This document shows, piece after piece, positions 37,725 to 49,900 of a DNA stretch of 64,000 nucleotides. The notes below the pieces were generated by a model. It was not told the DNA's origin, did not search any database, and was given only the letters and a program-made list of their open reading frames with translations. The DNA is from Asterias rubens (lineage: Eukaryota). The stretch spans positions 19,096,001 to 19,160,000 of the forward strand of contig NC_047071.1 in the NCBI RefSeq assembly GCF_902459465.1, written 5' to 3'. Made by a program: the position numbers and the translations under genes. Position 1 is the stretch's first letter; every line of letters starts with the position of its first letter.

Positions 37725-38788
37725 ATGGCCAGTAAGTATTCACTTCAAAATAAATGAGGATTGTAGAATGATGCCACAGGGAGTGGACACACTCATCGGA
37801 AACCATGGTAATTGACACTACTCGGGGAGGTGGCTAGTATTGGTTCCAAGACCTTCGCATGGGTCAAGAGATAATTTTTAGTGTTATATCCTTGGTTGTA
37901 GGCACTGGACACTATTGGAAATTACTAAAAAGGAATTGTTAGCATAAAAACTTACTTAGTAACGAGCAATGGAGAGATGTTGATAGTATAAAACATTGTG
38001 AGAAACGGCTTCTTTTGAAGTAACGGATTTTTGAGTAAGGGGTAATTTCTCACTCAAATAATAAATGACTTCAGCATCTGAAAGCAAACAATTTTTAGGA
38101 ACAAGGGTGTTTTTTCTTTCATTATTCTCATGCAACTGCGATGACCAACTAAGTCCAAATGTTCACATAGTTGTTACTGTATGCAAATGTTGGGATACAC
38201 CAAGTGAGAATACTGCTCGCTGGCCATCGCACAATGAGAAAATATCTATAAACACACAAACACACAAAACGATGAAAATGAATGCCCAAAAATTTGAAAG
38301 GCTTTAAAATAATTTAATCTACGTTAAAGTTCATTGCTATTTTCTATGAATTCTCTTTCATGCAGTTGTCCCCAAGGTGATGGGTGGGATGCGTGACATG
38401 GGCGCTACCTCGTGCCAGCTTATAACTGATGAAGCCGGACCTCTAGGGGGCTCTGATGACACGGTGTATGAGAGAGGACATTATATATTCGGTAAAGCGG
38501 ATGGGTCAGAGTTAGCTGTCGGCAAGTACGTCATCATGTCGTTATTTATTTTAGAAATTCCTCCCAACTTTCGAGTTTACCCCATTTGTATAAGCTGTAC
38601 CGCCAGTAATAAAATAAAAATAATAAATAATAATAAAAAATAACACATGCGTGGTTTTATAGATATTGAAAGTTGCTGGTCTGAAACCCAGGTATTTATT
38701 TTCATTCCACAGATATGTTGTCATCTGGAAAAAGACAAGCGAAGGTTATAAAATGCACATTGACATTTTCAACGACAACACGGCTTAA
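37725..38788 (+). pseudogene. NTF2/SnoaL-like copy 2 with a deletion of most of intron 1 and the 5' half of exon 2; exon 1 at 37725-37731, exon-2 remnant at 37756-37807, exons 38366-38525 and 38713-38788
   Basis: Exon 1 and the start of intron 1 are identical to copy 1, then fuse directly to GAG GAT TGT AGA ATG ATG CCA CAG GGA (EDCRMMPQGVDTLIGNH) with no acceptor. Exons 3-4 are open (VPKVMGG...TVYERGHY...GKYVVIWKKTSEGYKMHIDIFNDNTA*). Exon 1 to exon 3 skipping would be in frame. Confidence 0.75.
37900..38220. mobile_element. Degenerate family A MITE in intron 2 of NTF2-like copy 2
   Basis: AGGCACTGGACACTATTGGAAATTAC followed by family A interior; the 3' TIR is missing. Confidence 0.7.
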
Positions 38789-39702
38789 TTGTGGTCAATC
38801 CTATGGTTGTCCAAACTTATCGGCGAGTGGATCTAAATGCGAATGTGAAACACAACGGACCCTTACTGCTCCCAAAATTATGTAGGGCCAAAATTGTCAA
38901 CTATACGCTTTGTGTAGTTGACAAAATTTGAATTAAAGGATAACAAACAAATTATTACAAATCCAGTGCAACTCTTTTAATGTATAATACATTGCCTGTG
39001 ATCTTTATGTGAAATGGGACAAGCTAGCGAATACTCACAACTAAAATCAATTGTTTCGAACACAAACTAATGTGAGTTTGCATTACAAAGTTATTGATCG
39101 TTTTTACGAAATGAATTCCATGGTACCGTATAGGCTTCAAACAAAAGAAACGATGTTTTCTTATAGGTAGAACAAAGAACATCGTATAGAACGGGATTGA
39201 ACCAATGACCTCCGGATTAATGTGCAGGTGTTCTGGACAAATCTGTCCCCGGATATTCTGTCATAGGAAAGTTTTGGAGGAGGAGGATTCAAACGAGGGC
39301 GCTTTCAGGAGAATTTTGTACACAGTTTGCCATATCTGTGGGGGGGGGGGGGGGGGGTGTGGGTCCAGAATCTACTGTCAACTGAATTATATAGTCCTTT
39401 GTTGGCGGTCTCCCTAATTTTGGCAATATCTTTGTTCGGTTTTTTTTTCTCGCTCTCCCAGAAACATGGAGAGTGACTTCGAGTGTTTTTTCCCTCTTCG
39501 CTGATTTGCCTTTTCGCTGATATAGGCATATAAAAAAAAAATATGTTCAAATAAGCTATTGTTGTGAATAGAAGTATTGTTTTATCTGTTTTAATGAATC
39601 CTAAATAAGTATTAATTTTGGACTAGTAGATGTCATTCCTGTCTGTCTTTGAACCGCTCTAATCTCCTGGAAAACCTTTAAAAAATGCGGTCACTTCATT
39701 AA

Positions 39703-40329
39703 AGGCAGTGGACACTATTGGTAATTACTCGAAATAATTGTCAGCATAAAACCTCACTTGGTAACGATTAATGGGGAGATGTTGATAGCATAAAACATTG
39801 TGAGAAACGGCTCCTTCTGAAGGGACGTAGTTTTCGAGAAAGAAGTATATTTCCACGAATTTGATTTCAATACCTCAAGTTTAGAACTTGAGGTCTCGAA
39901 ATCAAGCATCTAAAACTACACAACTTCGTGTGACAAGGGTGTTCTTTTATTTCGATCATATCTCACAACTTCGACGACCAACTGAGCTCAAAGTTTCAGA
40001 GGTTTGTTATTTTATGCATATTGTACCATTCGTGCCAATCAGCCAGTAGAGGGCGCCAGCACGGCTCCGCGGTGGAGCTAGTTGCTGGTTGGCCCCCTGC
40101 TGGAAGATTGGTAAACCCGCTCGCCTGGAGATGTTTTTTCTGTGTCTAGATTTGTGAATTTATAAAGATTGGACGTCTGGAATAAAACGGTAAGGAATTC
40201 AAGCAGAAATACTGGTTTTTAGTGTTTTTCATTGCTCCGTATTGTTGTGGTTATTGACACAGGATTTTTGTGTTACAATAATATGTGATAAGACTGGTCT
40301 TTGACAATTCCCAATAGTGTCCACTTACT
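39703..40329. mobile_element. Family A MITE interrupted by an insertion
   Basis: TTAA|AGGCAGTGGACACTATTGG ... CCAATAGTGTCCAC..|TTAA, with an insertion at 40022-40277. Confidence 0.8.
40022..40277 (+). mobile_element. Probable solo LTR
   Basis: 256-bp insertion with TGTACCA...TGTTACA (TG...CA) termini and an internal AATAAA; the TSD is imperfect (ATAT vs ATAA). Confidence 0.5.
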
Positions 40330-40788
40330 TTAAGAGGATGTCCACTGTCTTTAAGAGGATGTCTTAGTTTAACAAACGAACTCTGCTTGTAGGGCCTAAC
40401 TTGTTTTGTTGTAAAACAATGTTTGAGTGTTTTTGTACAGCTTATTTTTGTTTGCTCAATTAACTAAGTTTGTATCTAATAGACCATTGACAACTAAACC
40501 GATTGTGTACATGCAGGCATGGTGTTTCTTATACACCCATGACCGCTATTGATTCTTGATTGACACCCCTCTAGAGTGTGTGGTATGGTCCAACTTAGGG
40601 TATCGTGGTAATGAGCAGACCAGTGGGTACGATGTGGTTAAGCCAATGACATCGTATGCCTTCATAAACTTTCCTCACTGCAGGGTGTTAAACAAATTCT
40701 TTTTTTAAACAAATTGAATTCTCACCCCCCCCCCCCCCCCCCAACTCATGCTAGGAGACTATATCAGCACTCAATGCCACTTAAATGT

Positions 40789-40922
40789 ATATAGAAAAGT
40801 TTGCGGTAACACCATGTAATAACAATCTCGAAACGTCGAGTTAATCCAACGGTTCTTTTCAGAACCACCCCAACTCATTTAGAGATTGTTATTACATGGT
40901 GTTACCGCAAACTTTTCTATAT
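40789..40922. mobile_element. Hairpin MITE
   Basis: The ~40-bp TIR ATATAGAAAAGTTTGCGGTAACACCATGTAATAACAATCTC is mirrored; fragments (CATGGTGTTACCGCAAAC) also occur near 3490. Confidence 0.75.
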
Positions 40923-41362
40923 CTTACTTCCACCATGCAAAGTTTCAAATCCTACTCGCCACTTAAATGGTTACTATGTCCGATCACAATGCACTTCCAA
41001 TGAGCGTGTCTTGCCAAGATAAAACCATTCAAGAACAGAATAATGCCTATCTACAAGCCAATATGCACATGAATAGTCGTTGCAAGGCACTAGTGTAGTG
41101 GTCTCAAGGTAAATAATGAACACACAAAGTGGGGCAATGTTTAGTCAGGTACCCTTTTTTAGTTAAGACAAAATAAATAAAAAGAGAAGTAAAATTAAAC
41201 ATAAATGTATTTTGATACAACGATGACGATATAACCAACAAAATGGAACACGCAGCAAATTAAATGAGTCTGGGAACCTATAATCACAATGACTACGATA
41301 AAGCAAAGCATCGGCCCGACACCTTTCATTGTTCAGTTTGAACCACACAAGCATAAAGAAAC

Positions 41363-43356
41363 ATGGATGGTAAGTCTAATATTATTTAAAATAAATTAGG
41401 GGTTCGAAGCTTAATTTTGGCATGTTTTTGCTCTATTTAGATTGTAGTTTTTTCCACCCCATGTGACAGAAAGGTCACACCATTAACACTAACCACGCGT
41501 GATGATTTTGCGTGAACTTTTCTGGTGTATTTGTAACTAAAAAGTCGTAGCTAACTAGTACCTGTATAGAAGGGAAAATCATTCAGTGTTTGAAATGTGG
41601 CATGTTGTACCCCTCCTTTTGTGTCTTTTTGTTCTGAGAATTTTAGGAATTCTTGGGGTGTTTTGATTTCTTTCATTTGATGTTTTCTTAAGTATTTTAC
41701 TTTGTATTTCTCTATCACATGTTTGGATTTCTTGATTTCCTCTTAGCCTATAGTGTAACATTTCATTTTTGGTAATTGTACATGTGTGTTTTTATGTTTC
41801 TATTTAGCGACATGAGCACTATAGATTTGTGCGCTTTGCAAATTGTCAATGTTATCTTTATTATTTGTAAATTAATCTCATTATTATAACTTACAGACAT
41901 TACGACTGCGATCGAAAAAAGGAAAGAGGAGTGGAAGAAGCATTTCTTAAATAATGACATGGTATCAACTAGTCAGATCTACTCATTTGACTGCAAGCTG
42001 ATGCCGCAAGGAAAAGAAACCATCTTAGGGAGGGAGAGTAAGTTTGCTTTTCATTATTCCTATTTGTTTTGTACTCAACATCAACCAAATCATTATCAAT
42101 CTGCCAAACCAAACACTTGTGGGTTCGCTCTAAATGTTTCATGTATGAGCCCTGGGTCTCAAGCGGATAGACAAGCTAACCGTTATGCTCATAGGCTGGG
42201 AAAGACCTATATGATGATTCCCGCCGAATTGGGGTATTCTTTAGATGATCTTCCCAGCTCGGCAAAGCCCCGCAAATGAACATAAACGCCAAGCTGGGGA
42301 TAGCTAATCTCTCTTACTCAGCCGCATTCGTGTGACGGCTATGGTTTATGAATTGTTGCACAAATTAATCAGTTTTGATTCAAGTACCTAATATGACGAA
42401 AATGTTGTCAATTCGGTGAGAGAGTACGCAGATAATGTCTTGAAACAACAAGACAAAGAACGAACTGGACTGAAATAATTGGGCAGGCCCGTCTGGAATC
42501 AGTACAAAAACAACAAAAATCTGCACACGAAATGAGTCAAACCATGCACCATCAATAAAAATGAACACTCAACACGTTTCTTTGTTAAATCAGAACCTTT
42601 ATTCCCTCCACACTTATAAAAAATAAATAATATTTCTGATTTACTCATCATTTTTATATACAGCTATACCAAAGGGATTAAGGGACCTACGAGACAAAGG
42701 TGGCTCGTCAGTGGAGTGGAACACTTTAGAGATAGGTCCAATGGATGGCAACGGTGACGTCATCTTCGAACGCGGCGAGTACAAATTTTCAAACCCAGAT
42801 GGTCCCGTGTGTGAAGGAAAGTGAGTATTGATTATTTCAACATGATATTAATATTTGTACAAAATAAACTTGTGGAGTAAGATAGCGTTTAGAATATATC
42901 AATTAATTTGCATTCCCTTTTCCAAAGGCAAGAACTCTTCCAACTGAAGAATCAAAATCGCTTTATTACGAATTCATGGAAGTGACATAGATTGCTTCTT
43001 TGCCAACATTTACCAATGTATAAAAATTATAAAGAATTGCTAGACATAGTTCATGTATCTGTTATTTCAGATCATCTACTCAGTTTTCAACTGAAAAAAT
43101 ATAAAACTACTACTATCGGATGAATTAACTTGGAAGACTTTAAACATTTACATACAACAGTTTCCACAACTCAAAACACATTTGCCTGTGATATAACAAA
43201 CCAGACATTGTGCGCATCATTGACTATAATCGCACTGGATTATACATTTTAATTTCAATTAATAATTTTTTTATTTTTTTCAGGCACTTGGTAATTTGGA
43301 AGAAGGTTTCTGGTGTTTACGAGATGTATATTGATATCTACAATGAAAACAAGTAG
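41363..43356 (+). CDS. NTF2/SnoaL-like (DUF4440-type) small protein, copy 3; exons 41363-41369, 41897-42037, 42664-42820, 43284-43356 (125 aa)
   Basis: Same 7-nt first exon and intron phases (1, 1, 2) as copies 1 and 2. Protein: MDDITTAIEKRKEEWKKHFLNNDMVSTSQIYSFDCKLMPQGKETILGRETIPKGLRDLRDKGGSSVEWNTLEIGPMDGNGDVIFERGEYKFSNPDGPVCEGKHLVIWKKVSGVYEMYIDIYNENK. Confidence 0.85.
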
Positions 43357-43927
43357 AGATCCGAGCAGTTTACAGTAGGCCTAAATAACTTACGAAATTG
43401 TTTTAGTAGTTTTGTTTAACATCTTTTGGGGTGGTTGCACGTTCTTTACTCTACAAAATGTCTTGCTGTGTGCGTAGTTTTGCATGTTTCTCTAAGTTTC
43501 TATAAATGTAGGCTTAAGATTACAGAAATAAATACAAGAAACTGAAACCATACTCACAAATAAATACGGTAATTCAGTTTAAATATTGGGAGAATCCAAA
43601 TGTAAATTTATAGAACGGCATGTTTTGTCTTTTTAATTTGCTTGCCATATCCGTTTATCTTTATTTTACTTTTCAAAGAAACCCCAACAATTACAAATGA
43701 GAGAACAAACAACTGTTTGTTAAACACCGTTAAATGCTAAACGTAAAAAAATAAATTCATATCAGTTGTCAAATGCTGAACGTAAAATAATTAATTTCAG
43801 TATTAATCTAACCCCCTTTCATGGCGTGAAGTGAAGCATAGTTTTTAAATTTGGATGGTACATTTTTCCTTCAAAAATCAAGTTAAGCTAGGCATTGTTT
43901 AACATGCGAAAAAACTAACATCAATGA

Positions 43928-46900
43928 TCAATGAACAATGGTTTCTTTGTTAATGATCTTGTCATACAAACTTGCATCCAGTGTAACATATGTCTCGGTT
44001 GGTTTGTCCATAAAGAACAACCGATCCGGCATGCATGCCTCCGGTTCGAATCCCTCCTTCACCAATGCTACCTTCCGGTACTTGTACGTGTTGGTAGTCT
44101 CCATTTGACCTTTGATCCTGATCAGTTTCGGACATGCGTACAGGGGCAGTCGTTTGATGACGTGGGTGTAGAGCTGTTTCCATTGCGAGGCTTGGTCCTC
44201 GTCTTGAATGGCAATGGCCGCCATTCCTACTCGTCCGTCATACCCTACATCATTTGATGGAAAATAACGATATGTTTTAATTTGTTTTAATTTGTTTAAA
44301 GCAAGTTTGCCAAAAACAAGGCTAAAAGCCACTCTTGGTGTGGGCCAAAGAAGAATCACTGTTAAAGACAGTGGACACTATTGGTAAATATTCAAAATAA
44401 TGTTTAGGACAAAACCTTACTTGGTAATGAGTAATGGGGAGCTGTTGGTAGTATAAAACATTAAGAGAAACTGCTCCCTCTGAAGTGACGTAGTTTTCGA
44501 GAAAGAAGTAATTTTCGACGAATTTGATTTCGAGACCTCAAGTTTAGAACTTGAGGTCTCGAAATCAAGCATCTGAAAGCACACAACTTCGTGTGACCAT
44601 GGAGTTTTTTCTTTCATTGCTATCTCGCAACTTTGATGACCAATTGGGCTCAAATTTTCAAAGGTTTATTATTTTACCCATATATTGAGATACACTGCCA
44701 AGTGAGAAGACTTGTCTTTGACAATTACCAATAGTGTCCAGTGTCTTTAAATGTGAAAAAAAAACTCGGTGGAGCTGAAGGTATATGAATTGATATTCCT
44801 GCATTTAAATTATTGTAAACTCTGTCCTGAAACCACAAAATGTCAAAATTTCAAGTTCTTTTTCAACAAATTTAACTTAATTCCATATATAAACGGTTCT
44901 CCATTTCAAGGTTAATTCTGAGAAATTATTTAGAAAACATTATGTTTTGTTCAACTTGAATTTCTTACTATTATAAATTCTTGCTATAATAATGATGTGG
45001 TATCGTTGACTCTTCTATCCCTTGTAGAATTGTGTTTGCTTACGAGATCGTTTTCAAAAGTAAACATTATGTTATATTCGGGCAGATTATACAGACCTAT
45101 ATCATGCTACCTCCATCTTGGTCATGATCCTCGCACCGAATAACAATAATGAATGCTAACAATCATTTAGCAAAAAGGCACCAGACTATGTGGTTCTTCC
45201 AGCCTCGGTTTGGTAACATTGATATCAAAGGGAAGATTTCAAGATGGCTGTACCAAGGTCTCTTGTTTCAGTGTTAACTTGAAATTACTACAATGTTGTT
45301 GATTAACACACAATCATTACCATTCCAAACCAATTTGTGGTTAATAAATCCTCTGATGATAGCTACATGTGATGAGTCAAGTTTGCATTCTAAATACAAA
45401 ACAAAATTACAGACTCTCACCTTTGACTTTGACTCCATAAATTACTGCCTCTGTGATGAATGACAACTCAGTTAAAACTGCTGCTACTTCAGATGAGGAT
45501 ACATTCTCTCCTTTCCATCTGTAAACAATGGGAACAAATAATCATGCACATTAATTTATTAAGATTAAGTTTTTAATAATAAAATTGAATCTTGCAGCGT
45601 ACCGATCTTTATATAACGATGTTGTCCAAGTTGGACCATTATGACTGTTTCAAAATTTTGAATAATTGTTGTACTGATATCAGAATTGGAGAGATTTCCA
45701 TCCATTAAAAGCGTCAGTCGTGGAATTTATGCCTGTTGATTTTATATTTCTGTTTTGAAGCTCGTCGGCTCGGGGCAGAAAGGACTAATACGTTTTGTGT
45801 GTAGCCTATTATGTCTTATACATAAACAGACTATACACACTAATAAGGGACAGAAATTTACACAATATTTACACAATATTTTCTGCATAAAATTGGAGCT
45901 GATCCATCGCCAAGCTATACCAGTGAAAAGATGGATCATAAATATTATCCATGCTGGTCCTATCGACAAATCTCCTCGCGGTGGTTTTGGACTTCAGGAG
46001 CTCAATGATGAGACAATCAACTTGCTTATTAGGGATCTTCATGTTTAGATGATGAAGTCCCTGATATTCTTCGTACGAACGAACGAGGAACAGAAAATTT
46101 ATGAGTTGGCAAAAATATGTGTCGAAGAAAATTATATGCTTACTTTCAACATTATCTAACAATCATGTTCACAAGTCGTAGTAGAAATTGTGTAGCCTAT
46201 CACATGCTTTACCTAAATGTTTCTCCAAGTCTGTCTTTAAAGAAGACGTGACTTGTTTCATCAATCAGCATAAGATCCCCGGTATTGAAGTAATAGTCCC
46301 CCTTTACACGGACATCCTTCACGACCTTCTTCTCGTTTGCAGACCGGCCGGCTACATAGCCACTGAAAGGGGCTTCGCGGGTGATTTTCGTCACCAATAG
46401 ACCCGTTTTACCTGGTGATGTTTTAAAGACAGAGAAATAAAAATTAAAGAATTCTGATCAACAAAATTCTTACTGAAAATGGGTTAAACGGGGTGTTTCT
46501 TGCGCACTTGAATTGTGTGACATGGAAAGGAAATTTGCAGAATTTAAAATGTGTTAATTCGTGGGGGGGGGGGGTACAAGCAAATGGACACCGACGAATC
46601 AACTATACCGTACACAACATCCAATGGTATGAATGTTTTTGAGAAAAGGGTTTGTGCAAGTTATCGTGGTGCTACCACTACATTTTTGTCGTTTGGGGCC
46701 TTCCTTGTGGATTACGTTATGTGGAAACCCGCCTACATATTGGCCTCGTGAAATTTTCGTTGAAATTATTAAGACAATTGCTAAGCGATGAAAAACGTGG
46801 AGACAAACTGAAAAATACAAAGGCCTTTTTGATTTGTTGTCTCGAAATAACGCAGATGATGGTGGAAGACCACTAAGCCCCCAAAATTTCAATTTATATT

Positions 46901-49900
46901 TATAAGTCTTAAATTTTGCAGTTCAAGGTTACAAGAAATATCTAATACACTGTACTGGTGACAAACTTTAGTAATAACAAAGTGACGAACAAATATACAG
47001 AAAATCTACTCTACAACAGACTTTGACACTTTAATATAATAGCCTTACTTACCTTTAGGTAGAATGATGCACTTTCCTGTGGCGTCTCGGATTGGTTCTG
47101 CCGTTTCCCAATTGCAATCTATTATCTCAATACCACCCGCAAGTTTCTGTCCGGTGAAATAACACAAAATTAATCAATTATTTGTCACTAATGTGTTTGA
47201 AACACTGCACTCAGTACTTTCCCGACTTTCAGTGAAAAAAAAAGAACACAGACAATCAATCGGGTGGGATCCGAACCTAGGATCTTTACAATGCTAGAGC
47301 AGATGTCACACCACTAATAGACCACCGATCTAGCCGACTTTTAAATCTTACCTTCATAAGTGGGGGGTACGTCCCTACAGCCCCAACTGTGCCGTCCAGG
47401 TTGAAGAAACCACGGTTGCCCTCACTGGCTGCGTAGAACTCGCCAATCTGCTTGATGTTGAAACGCTCTTTGAAGTCCACCCAAATGTCCTCGCCAAGCC
47501 CGTTACCTATAGCCAGGCGGACGGTGTGGCTGTATTTCCCATCAAGATCCGACTGCAGTGAGGGAAACGCAAAACATAGACAGAGATCAAAATGGAGAGT
47601 GTATTACCCAATTGGACAATGTTATAACATACACAGAGATGCCAACCTCTGTCTCCAAAAAATAGTACTCCAAAGAACAAAAAATAGTATTTTCAAGACA
47701 AAAATAGTATTTTTTGAAAACGGCAATTACATAAAATAAAAAAAAAGACTTACGCCAATATCAACGCCAAAAATCCATCCCGCACAAAACTTTCATCTGA
47801 TTGAGGTCACATTCAAGTTAAAAAAAAGCCCTACATTATACAGTCTTTTAATCACATTGTTCATATCTGGTGCAACAAAAGTTTGTTGTCTATTGCCTAT
47901 TGTAGGTTCTGGCTGCCTGCTTGCATTTTACCAAAAGTTGGTCGTCCAGGGTCATTTTATGACAAACTACTTTTTTTGCGTGGCTGTACATTTTTTGAGT
48001 AAGAAAGTCGGAGAGAGTCTGTGTGGATAAGTTGGGTCTGAAGTCTGTTGCATTTTTTCTCACAAGGCTGAAAAGACGTTCATCCTCGGCATTGCTGTGT
48101 GCAAGAGACAGGATCATTACCATGATCTTGGAGAGGTACAAGTATTTCTCCTTGCCAGTTGTTTTGTCTTTGATACCAGATATCTCCATCCACACTGTAT
48201 CAACTCTTTGGTCTAGCACTAGAGATTCAAGTGGATCTACCTGAAACTGACCAAACTCTTCTTCCAGTGCATCCATCTTGTCTTCCATATAGTGAAACCT
48301 CTTCACAAAGTAGGCTACTGAGCTAAAGAGTTCGGGCGATAGCAGAAGTTTTGGTGCGCCGAGAAGCAAACTTTGAGGCAATGTTACTGTCGGGAAACAT
48401 TACTTTGACCAGATCAGTCAGATGATCCGCAGCTGCAAATGCGATGTTATGTTCGATGAAGAAGTTGGTCATCAAAGTTTCTGCTCGTGTAACAGAGTAA
48501 TCTGTACGCTGCCTCATCATTGAGGTGATATTAGCGGTGGACCGGACGGCCTCGGCAGCTTCCCGGTGTTTCTTTCTGCTTATGTGCAGGACAATATCGG
48601 TTGCTCCACCATGTGCTATGGATATGTCACAAGAGCAAATCTGGCATCTTGCCGTAAAAGTATCCTTAATTGAAGGTAAAATAAATGGCCACTTCACAGA
48701 GTATTCCTTCTTAAAAGACTGTTTCCTGATCTTGGAAGATGCCATTGCGAATCTATAGGCCTATTCTTAAAAAAAACTCATTAAGATCCTGCCCACGCTA
48801 AACTCTCACTCGTGCAAACATCGAGCTAGAACCTAGACACGGCGTAACAAACACACACTACACAGGGAATGGTCTTTGTCTGGCGATTCACTTTTTCATT
48901 GTACTTAACCGTAACAAGACTGGGTACGCGACAGTCAAATGTATAACTGGTATCATGTTATCTCAACCGTAATGATGCAATCAGCGTGTCTGGAAACCAC
49001 CCTTGGCAAGTAGACTTGACTCAAGTCCTAATCAAGTCCTGTGCAAAGCCCTTTTTCCATTGCCTAACGCTGCATCCACCAACCAACATTGGACAGTGAC
49101 CTCGCAGGACTTGAATCAAGTCTACTTGGCAAATACTGCACACAGCATGAAGCACGGACGCATGTGTGTATTATTCGTTGTTATAGTTTCACGGCTGGAC
49201 TTTCGGCTCCAGTTAGTCAAAATAAACGACAAGCACTCAAATTTGAAGGTTGAATAATTCGTTTTTATTTCCTGAATAACGGTAAATACAATATTTTACA
49301 TTTTGTGGATGAAAAGGCAAGTTTTATTCAGATAGTTTGGTTGTCAAAAAAAGAGGAAAAAACGTTAGTATTAATTTTCAAAATATCGTATTTCACCATG
49401 GGTGGTCGTATTATCGTATTTTACTATTTTTATCGTACAAAATACGACAAAATCGTACTACTTGGCATCTCTGCATACAGTACAGAACTTGTACTTTTGT
49501 GTGGACTGGTCTAATTTCCTGCAACGTCGCTACGCTCATACGAAAAAAAAAACCAGTTTTCCAAGGACGAAATAAAAATGAGCAACACACTTCAAAACAC
49601 AATTCAAAGAGTTTTGTTTCAGATCAATAAAATTATTAAAGCATGGGATTAGGTCGGATCGCAAACGTCCCTTCCAAACAAATCTATATTTTCAGTCCCT
49701 GCAGTCGATGTAAACAATACTATGATTGAATCCGTATAGGCAAGATTAAATCGAGCCAAACTTATCGTACTTTACCTTGGGTTGAGCGAGGAGATACCGA
49801 CATATCTCACCAATGTACTGAACAACATTTGCCTTGTACTGTCTTACGTCGTTCCAAAATTGCGAAGCTGAAAACTTGGTTCGTAGTACAACAGTTCCTC

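Noticed and set aside
47890-48745. Intact or domesticated transposase gene
   Set aside because: The two ORFs are in different frames, the DDE core is deleted, and the TIRs are still present, so it is a defective TE.
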